Source of the DNA: Asterias rubens
Taxonomy: Eukaryota
Direction of reading: 5' to 3'
NCBI RefSeq assembly: GCF_902459465.1
Contig: NC_047083.1
Coordinates: 1,798,001-1,862,000, forward strand
DNA length: 64,000 nt
In this document: positions 23,331 through 37,195 of the stretch, one piece after another
Numbering within the stretch: position 1 is the first letter of the stretch
Layout: each line of letters starts with the position of its first letter
Position numbers and translations under genes: made by a program
The notes under the pieces: generated by a model
What the model was told of the DNA's origin: nothing
Seen by the model: only the letters and a program-made list of their open reading frames with translations
Databases searched by the model: none

Positions 23331-26300
23331 TAAAGTTTTGGTTCAATTTTTCTGTGTACACCGAAAACACAAAAACCAACAGCGCACTTCTACAGTGTCC
23401 AACATATCTCAAGAATCCACACCAATGTTCGAAGACACTTCGACTTTTAGACACTTAACTGTGTCAAATTGGAAGCTACCTTCGGGAAAATGATCTCACA
23501 GCTCATGAAGACGTTTTTGTATTATTTCAACAGGCTTGGAATATCATTTTGCATAGAACGCACACTTAGTAAGGTTTGCATTAAACAATTTTAGTGACTG
23601 GCAAAAGCAGGTTAGCTTGTCATTTCACAAGTCTGCCAGCTTTTCACGGACGGTCCGTTTGTTTTTCAGGAAATAGGAATTATATTCAACACTGAACTAG
23701 CCAGCAGGATCACATTGTCACCATGTTAAGTTTATGAAAACTACATTATCAAATTAAAAGTTGCAAACTCAGTTATGGAGGAATTGTTATCAACAAATTG
23801 TCACTCTGAGTATTACATTTTATAATAATGAATGCACGAGTAATACAACAAAACCATCTTCCAAATTGATGTTTTCCAAATCTGAATTTGAAAACGAATT
23901 AAAGTACGCCTTGACAAAAGACTACTGCAATTATTTATGTATGAGACTGCCATTTCTGTCGGTGGAAACTACGAAGAATGAGCCACTGATCGGCCACCAT
24001 CGCCCGCCGTCTGCTGCGAGTTATTCACGGCAGTGGATTGCCCTGCCAAACTCGCAATTACGCGGAGTGCGTAACAATAGATTGCATTTGTGGGTGATAT
24101 TAGTTTCCCTAACGAGGTATTTTAATGCAATATTGATGGTGCTCATGTGATGGGAACATTAATGTAAGAGTAGTGAACAAAGCTTCTCATTTCTATACGA
24201 CAAAGAATTTAAAAAAGTGTAAAAAAATTCATCGGTCTAATTATTTGCTTTTTCGTCGTTGCTTTGTTCTTTTCGATAAGTACACGCATTCCACTCAGGC
24301 AAAACCATGTACTTATCGATCCTCACACCCGGACCTGCAAGTCATTTCCCCGGAGGATCAAGAGCTCAACAACTGGCCGATGTAGCCTTGAAGATATTAC
24401 CCCTTTCGTCTTGAAATATGTCTTTAATTCCAAGGAGACCCCCTCTAGGGGATGCATGTAATGCAAAAGACGGTGGCCACGCGAAGAGTGGGGCCGGCAC
24501 ATCGCGCGCGCGCCTCACGATTAGGCGCGTGAAATCGTGTTTTTGTCTTTGTGTCGCTTGGGTGTGTGCTTATTTGCAGATTGCACTGTATTAAGAATGT
24601 ACTGTGATAAAGCTGACCCTGCCCATCGCCCAAGTCTCTCTGCGAATAGTTTGTATGTACAGTCGTAATTCCCAGCATCCAATATCTCAGGTAGCAAGCC
24701 ATGCGTGCACTCGCGGCTCGTTTTCTTGGCGGGAAAAACTAATTGCGCGCTGATCAAAAGAAGAGCCAAAAAGGAGACAGAGTAGAGGGGGAGAGAAAAA
24801 AAGAGGCGCAGAATGGAATGACGCCCATTGGCTATTATGCGTTCTTCATTTCCAGTGTTTGCGCATGGCTTGGCAAGTAGAAGCCAAGGTCATGGCGCTT
24901 TAGCGATGTCGCTAAGAAGGAATCTTCTTCTTTTGTTTTAGCCGCCGATGGACGGAACTCTCGCGGCTTTACGTATTATAAGATGAAGTACTAACACCGG
25001 TTCCTCTTCCACCACAAACAAAATTATTAAATTTGGCTGGTGAAAGTCATTGCATGTTAAGCTTATTATGGCTCAATTTCTGCGGGTAGGTTTTTTTTGA
25101 AGGTGCACCAGGTCACATTCAAGAGAGACACACGAGAGGGAAAAACAAACAGATGGTTTAAACTTTGATTCTAAAATGTCCCTCGTCCATTACTAACCTG
25201 ACTATCAAAGTGGGTCACATTATGAAAGTTGATTTTTTTATGTCAGACTGGTTTTCTTTCTTTGCAAAACTTGGCTGTTAAAATTACACCATTGCTGTTG
25301 CCGCAATATAGATAACCAAGAAAGAACCCACATTTTGTGTTCAGAAAAGTGCTAATTTAATACCACCCTTTGCTGCAAATTTTGTTTCTTTTTGGTACAA
25401 TGTGCTAACACCCATAAACATAAATAAGAATTTGTCCTAATCTGCTCAACAAGAACGACAAAAAAAAGAACCACCTAACTTACGTTGAGATCTCAACTAT
25501 GCATTTTGTTCACCGAGGTCAAAGTAAAGGCAAGTTTCTGACACGCAATGATGGGTAAAACGGTTGCATAGCCTAGTTCGATCGCCATTTTGTTTTTGTG
25601 GCGTCACACCAAATTTGGTGATTACACTTTTACAAGGGGTCACTGGCATGGTGTCGGCACCTTTTTATTAAACAAAATGGTTATTTATTTCTATACGAAC
25701 CCTTGAAAAACAGGAACCACAAAAGGTGTCATGGGTTGGGACCGCCTTGTCGGTATACCAATAGAGAAAGGACCGGGTACAGACGGTGAGTTAAGGATCT
25801 CTCTGTGTGTATTGACCACGGACAATAGAGACGGGCACCAGACACAATGAACGTGTACAAATAGGGCCCATAGATCATCCGTGTACAGACGTCGCCTGTA
25901 GTTACCACTGAGTGCTAAATTGTGCAATTTTGATAATGTACTCCTACCCCTTATTCGGGATGGCTGTAATTTCTCAGCAGGTAACGTTGTTTGTGAGTTT
26001 GAGGGTCGGCCAAGCAGAACGGTGAACGACCGAAAGTATTTATTTTTCCCTTCTACCTGGCCTTCCCTAAAATTGTGTTGAGCATAGGGTTGGTGGTAAG
26101 TGCTTTTAAGATTCAAACCAGAGGTACTATTAAATCTTTGAAGAGACACAAAATGATATTTTTTTTTTTAAATCGCGTGACTGGAATTACGCACGAACAA
26201 GTCCCCCTGTTCCCGAGAAGAAAATTAAATTGTCAAACCAAACTCGTTTAAACCATACCATTTCCCCCCCTCAATCCCCTTCCGATTTAAAACAGCCGTC

Positions 26301-27426
26301 TGATTAATCCCTGCACGAAACGGTCGTTGTTTAATTGATTAAGTCATACTTGAACAAGTCTCAGTCGCCTTTATGAATAACAATTAAATATCAATTTCGT
26401 TCATGGACAGAAATATAATAATTTAAACAACAATGAAATAAATATATAAAAAAAACGCAAGCGGAAAGGTGGAAAGGTAAATGGTCGGGATATTGTATAA
26501 AAATACCTCGTTAAACCAGAGAGTATTTTTTTTATTTTGTTTTAAGGAAATAAATACATATTTATTTTTTACAGATTAGGAGATAAGTCATGTGTTTTCG
26601 AGTGAGAGGTAAATGACTTGGTCCTAACCCGGAATATACAGTTTTGCGAGTGATTTAACGAGCAGCGACCCCCGATGAACTGGCCAGATAACGAGTCAAG
26701 GTTACCACCAAATTGCAAATGTGAATTATAAGAAGAAAAAAAAAGAAAAAAAAGATGTAAAAGAACAGAACAAATGCTGTGAATCGAAATGTTGTTTTCC
26801 CTTCAACAATCTAAAGTGATTTTATTTTGACACGGGACTTACGGAAGATACAAATTGAAGATTTGATTTCGTCTCTAGAATAATCAAGTTTATTTTTGTT
26901 TAATGATTAACCCCAACGGTCGGTCATTGATTTCTTGCGTTCTACCTGTTCACTACCCCCCCCCCCCCCCGAGTATAATTCGTGGGGGACTACAGTTTCA
27001 TTTTATGATTGTAACAAGTTTGATTAAGAAGAAAACATTGATACCGTTTGTAATTAATTGAAAAAGCAAAATCAACGTTTTCTTTTATTTTTATCTCGTT
27101 CCAATGATCAGTTTGTCGAGGATGGTCGTTGTTCTTGACGATTAGTTTTCTTCGAATAATTTAGATATAATTAAAAAATGAAATCAACGTTTTGTTTGTA
27201 TCTTGCAGTTTGGCAAGGGAAGACTTTGATATTGGACTCGAACAATTAAAGGAAACATAATTATTTTTCTACAAAATAATTAAGACCCGAATAATACTTG
27301 ATGGTCAAGGGCGATCGGCATTAAGTTAATATGTTTCATTGGTGATGTTTTACTATTATTGCTGTATTTATCTTTCACTTGAGTACCAGTTTCTGCAAGA
27401 GCCTTCACAATAAGACATCATTTTAA

Positions 27427-27819
27427 AGACATTGGACACTATTGGTAATTGTCAAAGACTAGTCTCCTCACTTGGTGTATCTCAACATATGCATACAAAT
27501 AATGACAAACCTGCGAAAATTTGAGCTTTTTCGGTCATCGAAGTTGCGAGATAATAATGAAAGAAAACACACACTAACTAATTTTTGTCACTATAAGTTG
27601 TGTGCTTTCAGATGCTTGGTTCCGAGACTTCAAATTCTAAATCTGAGATCTCGAAATCAAATTCTAGGAAAAATACTTCTTTCTCGAAAACTACGTCACA
27701 TCAGAGGGAGCCGTTTCTCACAATGTTTTATACTATCAACAGTTCTCCATTACTCGTTACCAAGTAAGTTTTTATGCTAATAATTATTTTTATGTAATTA
27801 CTAATAGTGTCCACTTCCA
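27427..27819 (-). mobile_element. Kolobok-type MITE family A
   Basis: ttaa|AGACATTGGACACTATTGGTAATTGTCAAAG ... TAATAGTGTCCACTTCCA. The right end is degenerate. Confidence 0.8.
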
Positions 27820-29631
27820 TTAATTTATGTTTCATTTATGATTTTTTTGCTATTATTCACTCGTGGACCAGTCTCTGCGAGAGCCTTCAAAATATGACAT
27901 CATTTTTACAAATCAACCAGTATTTAGAAAACTACGAATTAAGCATGGAGGTTGGTCTATGGTAAAATACGACGTCGTGCGTCAAGAGCACGCCTCATCG
28001 TCGTGACATTGAGTCAACGTGCTTTCTCTCTTTTTCTCGTCACTTCCTCTCGTCATATACCGTATCGCTTATTTGTAATGACGACGATTGGGTTATAGCG
28101 GCGAGTCACCGCCATTTAATTTCTCAACACCGAGGACGATTTCTATGACTGTTTGAGGAGATAAAACACGTACGAAACGTCATAATTCGTCATAATTCCA
28201 TTGGACAAATTATTTTTTGATTAACAATTGTGTATTATAGGCACTTGTTGGTCGCATCGCGCTCACTGAAACAGCAGACTCCATATCCGATTCAGCTCGT
28301 GTTTTTATTTAGAAAAAAATGATGTCCATGAATAATATATGTGGGTTTTGCATCTAAGATAAAGAAAACAATTTAGTTTTACCCTTCATCGATGTGTATA
28401 AAGCACTTTAAACTCCAAGCCTACACCCGTATGGACTGTAAAGGGGGTAACCCTGTTTCAGCAATTCATTTTACTCCAATGTTATTGAACCCCTTAATGC
28501 AGAATGACATCATTTTTGACAAGGTCTTGTGGAAGAGTGGAATTTTTCTCTTAAAATGAAATGAAAGAGGTCACAGAAAGAATGATAGAAAAATGAAACA
28601 TTTCGTAGTAAAAACAAAAACATCGAACACATTTCGTATTCAACCAAGCCATCTGCCCGTTGCATGTTATATTGTTATTTTTCTATTATTCTCGCAGCAA
28701 CAGTTGTCGCCTTTATAATATGAAGAGAAATATTACCCTTCGCAAAAAAATTGTCAAAACAATGGGAAAATTATGGCAAACTTTGTGATAAAAACACAAG
28801 ATGGGTCACGAACATGTCTATATTCAACCAAACCACCTGGTCTTTGCATTTTTGTGTGGGTGTCTGTGTCTGCGTGCATGCAGCAACAGTCACCACCTTA
28901 ATTTGTTAAACAGAAAAATATTTCGTCCTTGGCAGTTTATTTCAAAAGCACGGGGAAATTAGAGAGTTATACAAAAAGTACGGGCGTACGTGACAAAATG
29001 GTATTCATTCCTCATTATCCGACCGGGGGAGAGGCGACTTTGGGCCCGGTGAAAAACGGTGATCAAAGGGGGACGGCAGTGTGCGTTGGCCGGAGTTGTA
29101 CAATGTTTGCGTGCAGATGGGTTGGAATATTGTAGAATGTCAGAGACGATGACATGGGAATGGCAATTTTGGGCAGTTGTTATTTGTGTAATATTATTTC
29201 CTAAGTTAGAAATTGAAGCTAAAGGTTGACAAACTCAGCAATGGCAAGTAAAGTGACACTTCCTTTATAAACTGAATTGACCGCACACCATTGGAAAACA
29301 ACAAAGTCATTTCAATTGAACTTGTTCTTTTAAACCGAGGTGTCAACAAGTCTAAATTTCGAAAGAATGCAAACATTTAGACAAGGAAACCATCTAAGAA
29401 ATATGGGAAATAAAAATGAAAAATAAAAATTTGTTGACCATTTTATTTTTACCACACGGTCATGTATCACACAGTTTGAGATAAACTGTCTTCCCAAACG
29501 GTTTTTCTTGTTGGTTTTGATGACGTAAAACCTTGAAAATGCAGCTTTGATTGTTTTATTTGAAGAAAGAGTAACAGTAACAACAAAACAGAACTAGACA
29601 TAGGAGTTTTACAACTGTACAATATTGTTAT

Positions 29632-29688
29632 ATATTGATCGATCAATATTATTAGTATCAATATTGCTGGAAAGAACATGTAATCGAT
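29632..29688. promoter_or_regulatory. Second ATCRAT cluster, including an 18-bp perfect palindrome, next to the helix-1 exon donor
   Basis: ATATTGATCGATCAATAT at 29632-29649, ATCAAT 29657, ATCGAT 29683. Confidence 0.35.
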
Positions 29689-29714
29689 GTCAAGCTAATA
29701 TCTACACAGCTTAC

Positions 29715-29834
29715 CCTTCTCTAGTTCTTCTATTTGTTGTGCCGTGAATGAGGTCCTGTTTCTCTGGAGCTTCCTCTTCAATCTCAGCCTAGCCTGTGCC
29801 TCCTCGCTATCATCATCCTTGAGGTCCCCGTCAC
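29715..29834 (-). CDS. Pax6: Pax6 exon: late linker and homeodomain helix 1 ([40 protein letters not shown])
   Basis: Acceptor ttatccag|GT, donor AAGG|gtaagc, phase 1-1, 120 nt. Contains the hallmark [17 protein letters not shown]. Confidence 0.97.
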
Positions 29835-32800
29835 CTGGATAAGCACACAAGAACGCCATGTTGGTGTGTTGAGGCATTGCAATTAACAGATTGATTGTCT
29901 TTTATACATGTTCAGGGGCGATGGGTGGAAAGAAAGAGAAGCAGACGAAAATGCCTCTAAATAAAAAAGAGCGGGAAACAGATTTGTTGCTTCTGAACTA
30001 AAGGAGGAAAATGATTTGAACAACTCCTCAGAATAACTGTAAAAATGATCTCAACAAAAACTTAATTCGCTTTAAATTCAATTTGTTGTGCCTTGCGTAC
30101 GGATGGTCGATTATGCAGCTGCCCCTAACCGAAAAGGGGAAAAAACTAAAGTTGGGGGACTATAAAAGAGGGTGGAAAATGAGGTCTTATCTACCGGAGC
30201 GATCTTGCGCCACTTCGCTGCCGTTTCTGAATGCATAGTCCCCCGAAGCATCACGATTTGTGTACAAACGCCACGAACTTATTTGGGTCTGGTGGGCCAT
30301 GGTTGTGGGACCTGCCGTCTGCAACGGGTACTTTTTGACGGCGTTGGTAGTCGGCGGGACCGGTGTATAGTTGTAGCCTTTTGAGGGTATCGACCCAGGG
30401 TTTCTGTTGGTGTTTTTCAGCGGAAGGTGGTGGTGTGTGTATCCTCGATTTGGATAACCTCTGGGCAAACTTCACTAGAGGTCACAGTCCTTGTGGAATA
30501 CCTCTCTGGCTGAGATTGTTCCCCCCTCCATTGAAGGAATTGACTTCTCACAATACAAGTTCGTTTGGTGCGAGTTTGAAAAAAGGGCTTTGTTTGATGA
30601 GTTGGCTGGCGATAAACACATTCTTCTAACGGAGTATATAGTCGGTTGTTTTGAGCGTGCTGTTGTGATTTTTTTCAATCGGTTCACAACAACAAAATGC
30701 TTCACCCTCAATTGATCAGACAAAAATGGGGACTCAGCGCGGCATGTTGAGCCACAAACGCCGCACGAGGATAACAAATGGAGCGATTCTTTACATTTAT
30801 AATCGGGAATTGGATATGAACTTAATTTTTGGTAATTGTGAGGTTGAAAAGTTGAATGTTGCACACGAGAGAGAGCGAGGCGTGACGTGATGTTTTGGGG
30901 TTGCAGACACAAATGGGAATTATTGGAAAATTGAAATTAAAATGTTTCTTTTGTTGACGTTTGATTGGGTGAATGTGAGCAGGACTCCAAAGTGGGAAAA
31001 GTCTTATTGATAGTGAAGGAGTTGTAGGAGTAGACGTGATGGATGAATTCGGTTGCTTGTAATGTTAGAAAATTATCTATTTAATTAATTGGACTCGGAC
31101 ATAATATTTATAGTACTGTCTTTTGAAAGAGATAGGAATAACATGTTTGTGCAATTCCCCCTCAAATACATCAATGAAACTGTCCAATCGACACTTGTGT
31201 TTCTCTGTGAATCTTAAAGAAAATGAAACGCCAGTTTGAATTGGTCGACCGGACGGGTTGAACGACATTAGGCATTTGAACAACGCCCCCACCGGTTCAA
31301 TATAGTACAGTCACCCGTTCTTTTGTGTCGAAGAGGGCAGAGCGGTTTTCTATTGGTGCTGTTGTTGGTGGCGGAGGGAATTTCGGGGGTTGACATTGTG
31401 CAATAGATTTGCCCCAAATTTGATCAAGTCAACAACAATTGTCGGCCGAACAAAAGCCGGATATTTTTCATTTGGCGGGAACAATGTCATTTTAATAGTG
31501 TAGCTCTAGGTGTTAAATTGGCTTCACTTGTGTCTTGAAAAGACCGGGCGCGTCGGGACAAAGCCTATAGCCAGCGTGGTTGCTTGGATGATGGGTTTTC
31601 AAACGGAGCGCTATTTGTATACACTAGTTACATGTTCGTGATTGATCGTCCAACAACAAGTCGCGTTCTCCTCCTGAGTGGTAAAGGTGACGAGTTTGCC
31701 AATAAATATATTTGAATGTGGTTTTGGAACGATCGTTTCTACTGGCAGAGCAATTACTCAGTGTATTGGCTTGCCGAACTTTACGAGTGATGTCTTTTCA
31801 TTGCTTTACTGGTGGAGGTCGATTGCTTCAGGTTATAATAGACTAGAGGCCGTCACGCCTCAAAGTCACGCCACTGTCCCAGACTAAATTGTATTGGTGA
31901 TCATAAAGTACTTTTTTTCTTTAAAGCAATCCTACCGAAAAGGAGTCTATTTCCGACACCATAGCTGCGCCATATTGGTTTGTCTTTTGAGCTGTCGTCA
32001 GCTGCCATTGTGTGCCAGAAGGGTGATATGATAATTGGTTAAATGACGTCACGCTTCATCAGCCGCAATATAATTTCGTGCCTGATGTATCACTTCAAGC
32101 AATAGACTGAATTCAAAGCTCAAATAATTGAGAATTTCAAAGAGGTGATTCTGCAGCTTTTTGAAGGCCACTTAGAGTTCACCTGCACGTCGAGCCACTG
32201 TATGTCAACAGTTACATGTTTTCGGTTTAGGAGAACCTGGGGACGATTTCACGAAGAGATCAGATTTATCTTAATTGATCTCAATCATAATTGTTAAGCA
32301 AAGTGTGATGTCACAATACAAAACACTACACTGCTAGAACTGGGGCGTTAAAACTGGCGCCATGGGTGTTGTTACATATATAAAACGAAGAGGGAATCAC
32401 AATTTACGCAAAGGGTGTTAAAATAATATAAATGGTTGCCAAAACAATTACACTGGTGTTATTTTAACACATGTGATGCTAGATCTGGGTAGGTTTGCAT
32501 GGGTATAGTGTACAATTTTGTGCACAAAGTGTATGGGTGAAAGTATTTTCTAGCCCATTAAAGAATAAAAAAAAAAGAAGATAATAATCGGAAGGTCCAG
32601 TTTAGGATATCAATGACTTTGACTTCCCAAAAGAATCGCACTTTGGAGAAAACAGTTGATTTCTTCGAGAAAGACTCTGCTAGTGTCGAAACGTGAGGCC
32701 ATTAACTAGTATTTGCATTTATGCCATCGGTCCATTTTGTTGGTTATTTGTTTGCAACAGCTATTTCTACTTTCTGAAGTAAACACACATGTGTCATGAC

Positions 32801-34790
32801 TTAATAGTGTAATCCCGCACTCTTAAGGATTAAAAAACGCAGTTGCTTTGGTTGAAGAGACATACGTTCTCGTCTTTAAAATGTACCGGCAGTACACGAC
32901 ATTATAACTTAATTTAGAATCATTTTTTTGCAATCTATAAATTATGCCTACCAAACCATTTTGCGTTTCACTGAAGGCAACAACGAATACTTCTCTTGTA
33001 CAAACTATTAAAAAACTCAAAACTAAATTGAGATCAAATTGAATTGCTCTTGGTTACACTTGAGGACAGAGATAAGGAACACACGGCAACCATAGGTCGT
33101 AGTAATGTGGGCCAAACGTCGATTAAACGAGGTCGACACCACCAAAGCCTCACGAGAACAAGTAAAACACCGCGAGACGTGATCGGATTAAGAGTAGACT
33201 TTGATTATCGCGAGTTCATTCGGGGATTAGAGGAATTTAGTAGCTTTGAGGATTAACCTTTGTTCTACTGCGATGTTGGGGCATGGGTTAAGCAATCTGA
33301 ACGAAGGGATTACATTGATTTGATTGGCTAATACGAGAAGCACCTTTGGGCGGTTGAGGGCGCAATGCTGCAGGGCATGCGCAAACGTCAGACTGGGTTT
33401 CAGGATTAAGCGATTGATTGCTCGTTGTTATAATTATATCTCAGACACAAGCCAAAAACTGTGATATTTATTAGAGTTTTAATTTGTATTTGATAATGGC
33501 TTCAGACCAATATAAAACATTGTTACGTCACGATTAGGGCACAAAATTACTAAGAGTGGTAATTCAAAGTAAATAGTTTTTTTTTTGTGAGAACAGGCAG
33601 ACATGAAGGGCACTTACTTTAATTTATAAAGAGTGACCATACATGTTTAGATATGGTGTGGAATGAGTGGCTCTAATATTGTTGGCATTTTAAATACACC
33701 TTCCATTTGTTTAAAGGTCACGCCAATCAATTTAAATTCAGACATAAAGTAAAGAGTGCGAACTAAACACAAACACATTAAAAATTGAAATCGACTGATG
33801 TAGAAGTCATTATTAATAAGCCTTCCTTACAACTTCCGCTGCATCTTCCTGGAGAAAGCCAAGAGGAGAGAAGAAGATGAAGAGGGGAAAGGTGGATGGT
33901 GTGGGAGTTGGAGAGAGAGAGAGAGGGGAGGAGGATGATGAGATGCAAAGTTGTTTTCAAGAAGCCGCACGCGCGGCATCGTTCTCTGATCGCGCAATGC
34001 TGATGGGACTGAGCGGTAATGTGACCTTGAGCCCGCAGCATGGCAATGGTACTATTGATCAGCCAAGACTCTTCCACCTTGCAGAGTTCCTCCCCCTGGG
34101 GCCACGCTTGTGCACGCACCCGTGCACCTTCATCGTTCATGAATATCAGATGGCTCTTTTTTTTCTTTCTTCTTCTTCTTCTCGAATATATCCGGAGGGT
34201 TTTTATATTTCCCCCCTTCCCCTCTTCTAGCATCGTAGTCCCAAGTCATCCCCGCACGCAATAAATATAATTGGAGACCGAGAGCCTTTGTGACTGGCCG
34301 CGGGGCCGGCGGTGCTCCCACCCCGGGCGGTAAGCCCACACAACCTCGCTCCCTCTCATTCACTCCACCGTACTATTTACTAATAATCAGTTCTCATATA
34401 CAGAGATCATATTATATGATCGCCTGCTATAAAGCTTCCTTCTTAACTCAAGGTTTTTCTCTCGCGATCTTTGTGTTAGTCTTGAAATCCAGCCTGCCTT
34501 ACCAACACCTATACAAATCGTGTGCCTTTTGTGTATGCATGGTCGGGTATCTGCAACGGTGACTGTGTGCTTTATAACTCTACGGGTATTACGCGCGTAA
34601 TACAAGTTCTGTTCAAACTTTACACGCCAACTAAAAGAGGTAGCGTAAGGGATTTAAATGTTCACTGTAGGCCTGCAACACAAGTCTTCCAAAACTCAAA
34701 AGTATATCATTCGCCGACAAAACTCGTAACAGAACAGTGTTATATCATAACTAGCCTACATTGCACTAGATATTACTGTTGAAACACCAG

Positions 34791-35030
34791 GGGCCAATTT
34801 CATAGCGCTGCTAAGCACACAAATTTGTTAGCATGACATTTTGGCCTCGATAAAAACACAATTACCAACCAAATTTCCACGTGGTTTTGAGGATAAACAA
34901 ACAACAGTTGAATAAAAGTAACAAGCAATATGCAACAAATGGAAATAACGGTTGGTAATCCTGTTTTTATCAAGGAATACATTTCATGCTAAGCAAATTT
35001 GTGTGCTTAGCAGCGCTATGAAATTTGACC
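34791..35030. mobile_element. PIF/Harbinger-type MITE related to the 19925 element
   Basis: gaaacaccag|GGGCCAATTTCATAGCGCTGCTAAGCAC ... GTGCTTAGCAGCGCTATGAAATTTGACC|ctg. Confidence 0.8.
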
Positions 35031-37074
35031 CTGTTCCTACATCCCTACGTTCAACATCCCTTTACGTTCTAATGTTCAGACACCCTAAGTCCCGACAACC
35101 CTACAAGTGTATGATCCTAACCCCACCTCTATATACACAAACCCCACCATAGAGTATAGATCACGAGGAATTATCTCAACATAGATGTTTCTGAACATGG
35201 TCACCAAGTTAAGAAAACCCCAGGTGAGATCATAGAGCAAGGGTGAGATGAAGAACTTCGAATGGAAGGTCAAACAGAGGTGTCTGTCACCCTAAAATAC
35301 AAAAATTATTGTAAAATGTGGCATGATGGTGTCTTCTTCAGACACCATCAACATTTCCATTAAAAGTTTCACGTGAGTGATAACATGATGGTGAAGCAAG
35401 TGACTGACTTGGGGGACCTCACCACGTGTGAAAGCATGTTAATCAAAATATCAACCATGCGAACGATCGTCTGCACGCTCAGTGAAGACAGAATGCCCGA
35501 TGCAAATACTTCCCGCCAAAACTAGGTTAATCTGTAATTTGCTCATCAAAAAGATAACAAGAAGCGCTTTCAGGCACACCACCTTGTAGGTATGTCTCAA
35601 CAACGGTAAGAAATCTTGTAACTTTCGATGTCAAGGGCGGTGTATACCGGTTGCCTTTTATCTTCCACTATTGCCGAGAACCAACTGCTTTATTTTGGAG
35701 TTGGGTGTCACTGCGATAAATTGCAAAAGAGGGAAGAAGGAAGGTCATTAGGCCAACCGACCCGGATCCAAAAGACTGTGGAAGTCCACAAACGTTTGAA
35801 CTCGTGGATCTAAACAATTTTGTTTCGGTCCAAAGTCTCCCAAAAGGTTCGACAGTCTTCCAAAGTCTGAACTCGATTGCTTTAAAGCTTTGAGCTTTTT
35901 TTCTTTTTTTGTTCTTCTTGAAAAACCAAGTTGTGTGAATCAAACTCAATCTGTCGGGCAAGACAGTAAAAAGGCAAGAGAGACCCAAACAAAAGTCAAT
36001 GAATTCATTACGAATTCACAGCACGAATCCCTCCTCAAAGAACCTTCATCAAATCTCCAATGAACAGTTTCCATTTCACTGCAAAATAACACCATCTTCT
36101 AGCCAATGCCAAAGCCGACCTATAATTGGAAAATATATTCCACGAGTAGAGTTCCTCAATCGCAACACAGCAGTCATTTCCCCTTTTTTTCTTCGAAGTT
36201 CTAACACGTACCGAATCTCCGAGAACCTTTCGCCCGAGCGCGCACGAACAAAGTTTGCTCGCCTGTGTTCCGAGGCGAATTGCCCCACTATAATTGCAAC
36301 CCGCGGCCGCTCTCTCTCTGTTACGTTGTTGTGTGATTTTGTCCACACGAACGCCCCATTTGTGTACAGTGCCGTGGTTGTAATGAACTCATTAACACAC
36401 AGGACAGGGTGTAGGGGGACAACGGTCAATAATGATTGCGTTGCTGCTCGTTTGGGTTACTAAATCAAAAGGTGGATGATCACATTTGGTGGAGGGATCG
36501 TGAGGTAGGGGATTGAGACACAGTGAACAAGCAGTGTTCTACAGGTGTGCTCTTTATCAAGCTCCTCCCTCCGTCTTTGGCGAAATTTCTGTTGTAATCT
36601 GAAAAGGAGATTCAAATCCACAGTCAAAATATGGATAGAATACCTTTTATTGCCACATATTATGTATATACACATATTCAGTGCAATTCACTTTGGTTTG
36701 CGGGTATAAAAAAACATTGAAATTACAAAAATACATTAAAACCACGAAGGCTTCACAATAACAAGACATGTCAACTTTAAGAATCATAAGTATTGAGAGT
36801 ATTAGAGTATTTTTAACTTTGTAAAAATTGCACAGAATGCCTCGTGACAGCGAACGTATACACTTCAGTGATTGACAAACCAAAAGTTTACCAATTTAAA
36901 CAAAAACGAAAAGAAAAGTGTTTATTTTCCCCCTAGAGAAAGGGTTTACATCACCTTGTAAACCATTAAACCATGGTGCTATGTAAAAAGAGTAGGTCTC
37001 ATAATTCAAACGTAGACCTACTTACCTTGCAGGAAAATACTGAATGTAAAGACGAACATTATTTTAGCATGTAA

Positions 37075-37195
37075 AAACGTTTTTTTCATGACATTGTTTT
37101 ACCCATTTCTCAAAAACTACAGCACCTCAGCGAGTAATATTTTAATGAAAATCTGTTGACCTTGTGTTTTGTGTTACAAAAAGTACCCAAATCAT
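37075..37195. mobile_element. Fragment of Kolobok-like family B
   Basis: ttttcatgacattgttttacccatt..aaaactacagcacc..aaaaagtacccaaatcat|ttaa, shared with the 63290 copy. Confidence 0.55.

Noticed and set aside
29835-29877. In-frame upstream ATGs ([14 protein letters not shown]) in ORF 29695-29877
   Set aside because: They lie in the intron 5' of a good phase-matched acceptor and are most simply intronic read-through.
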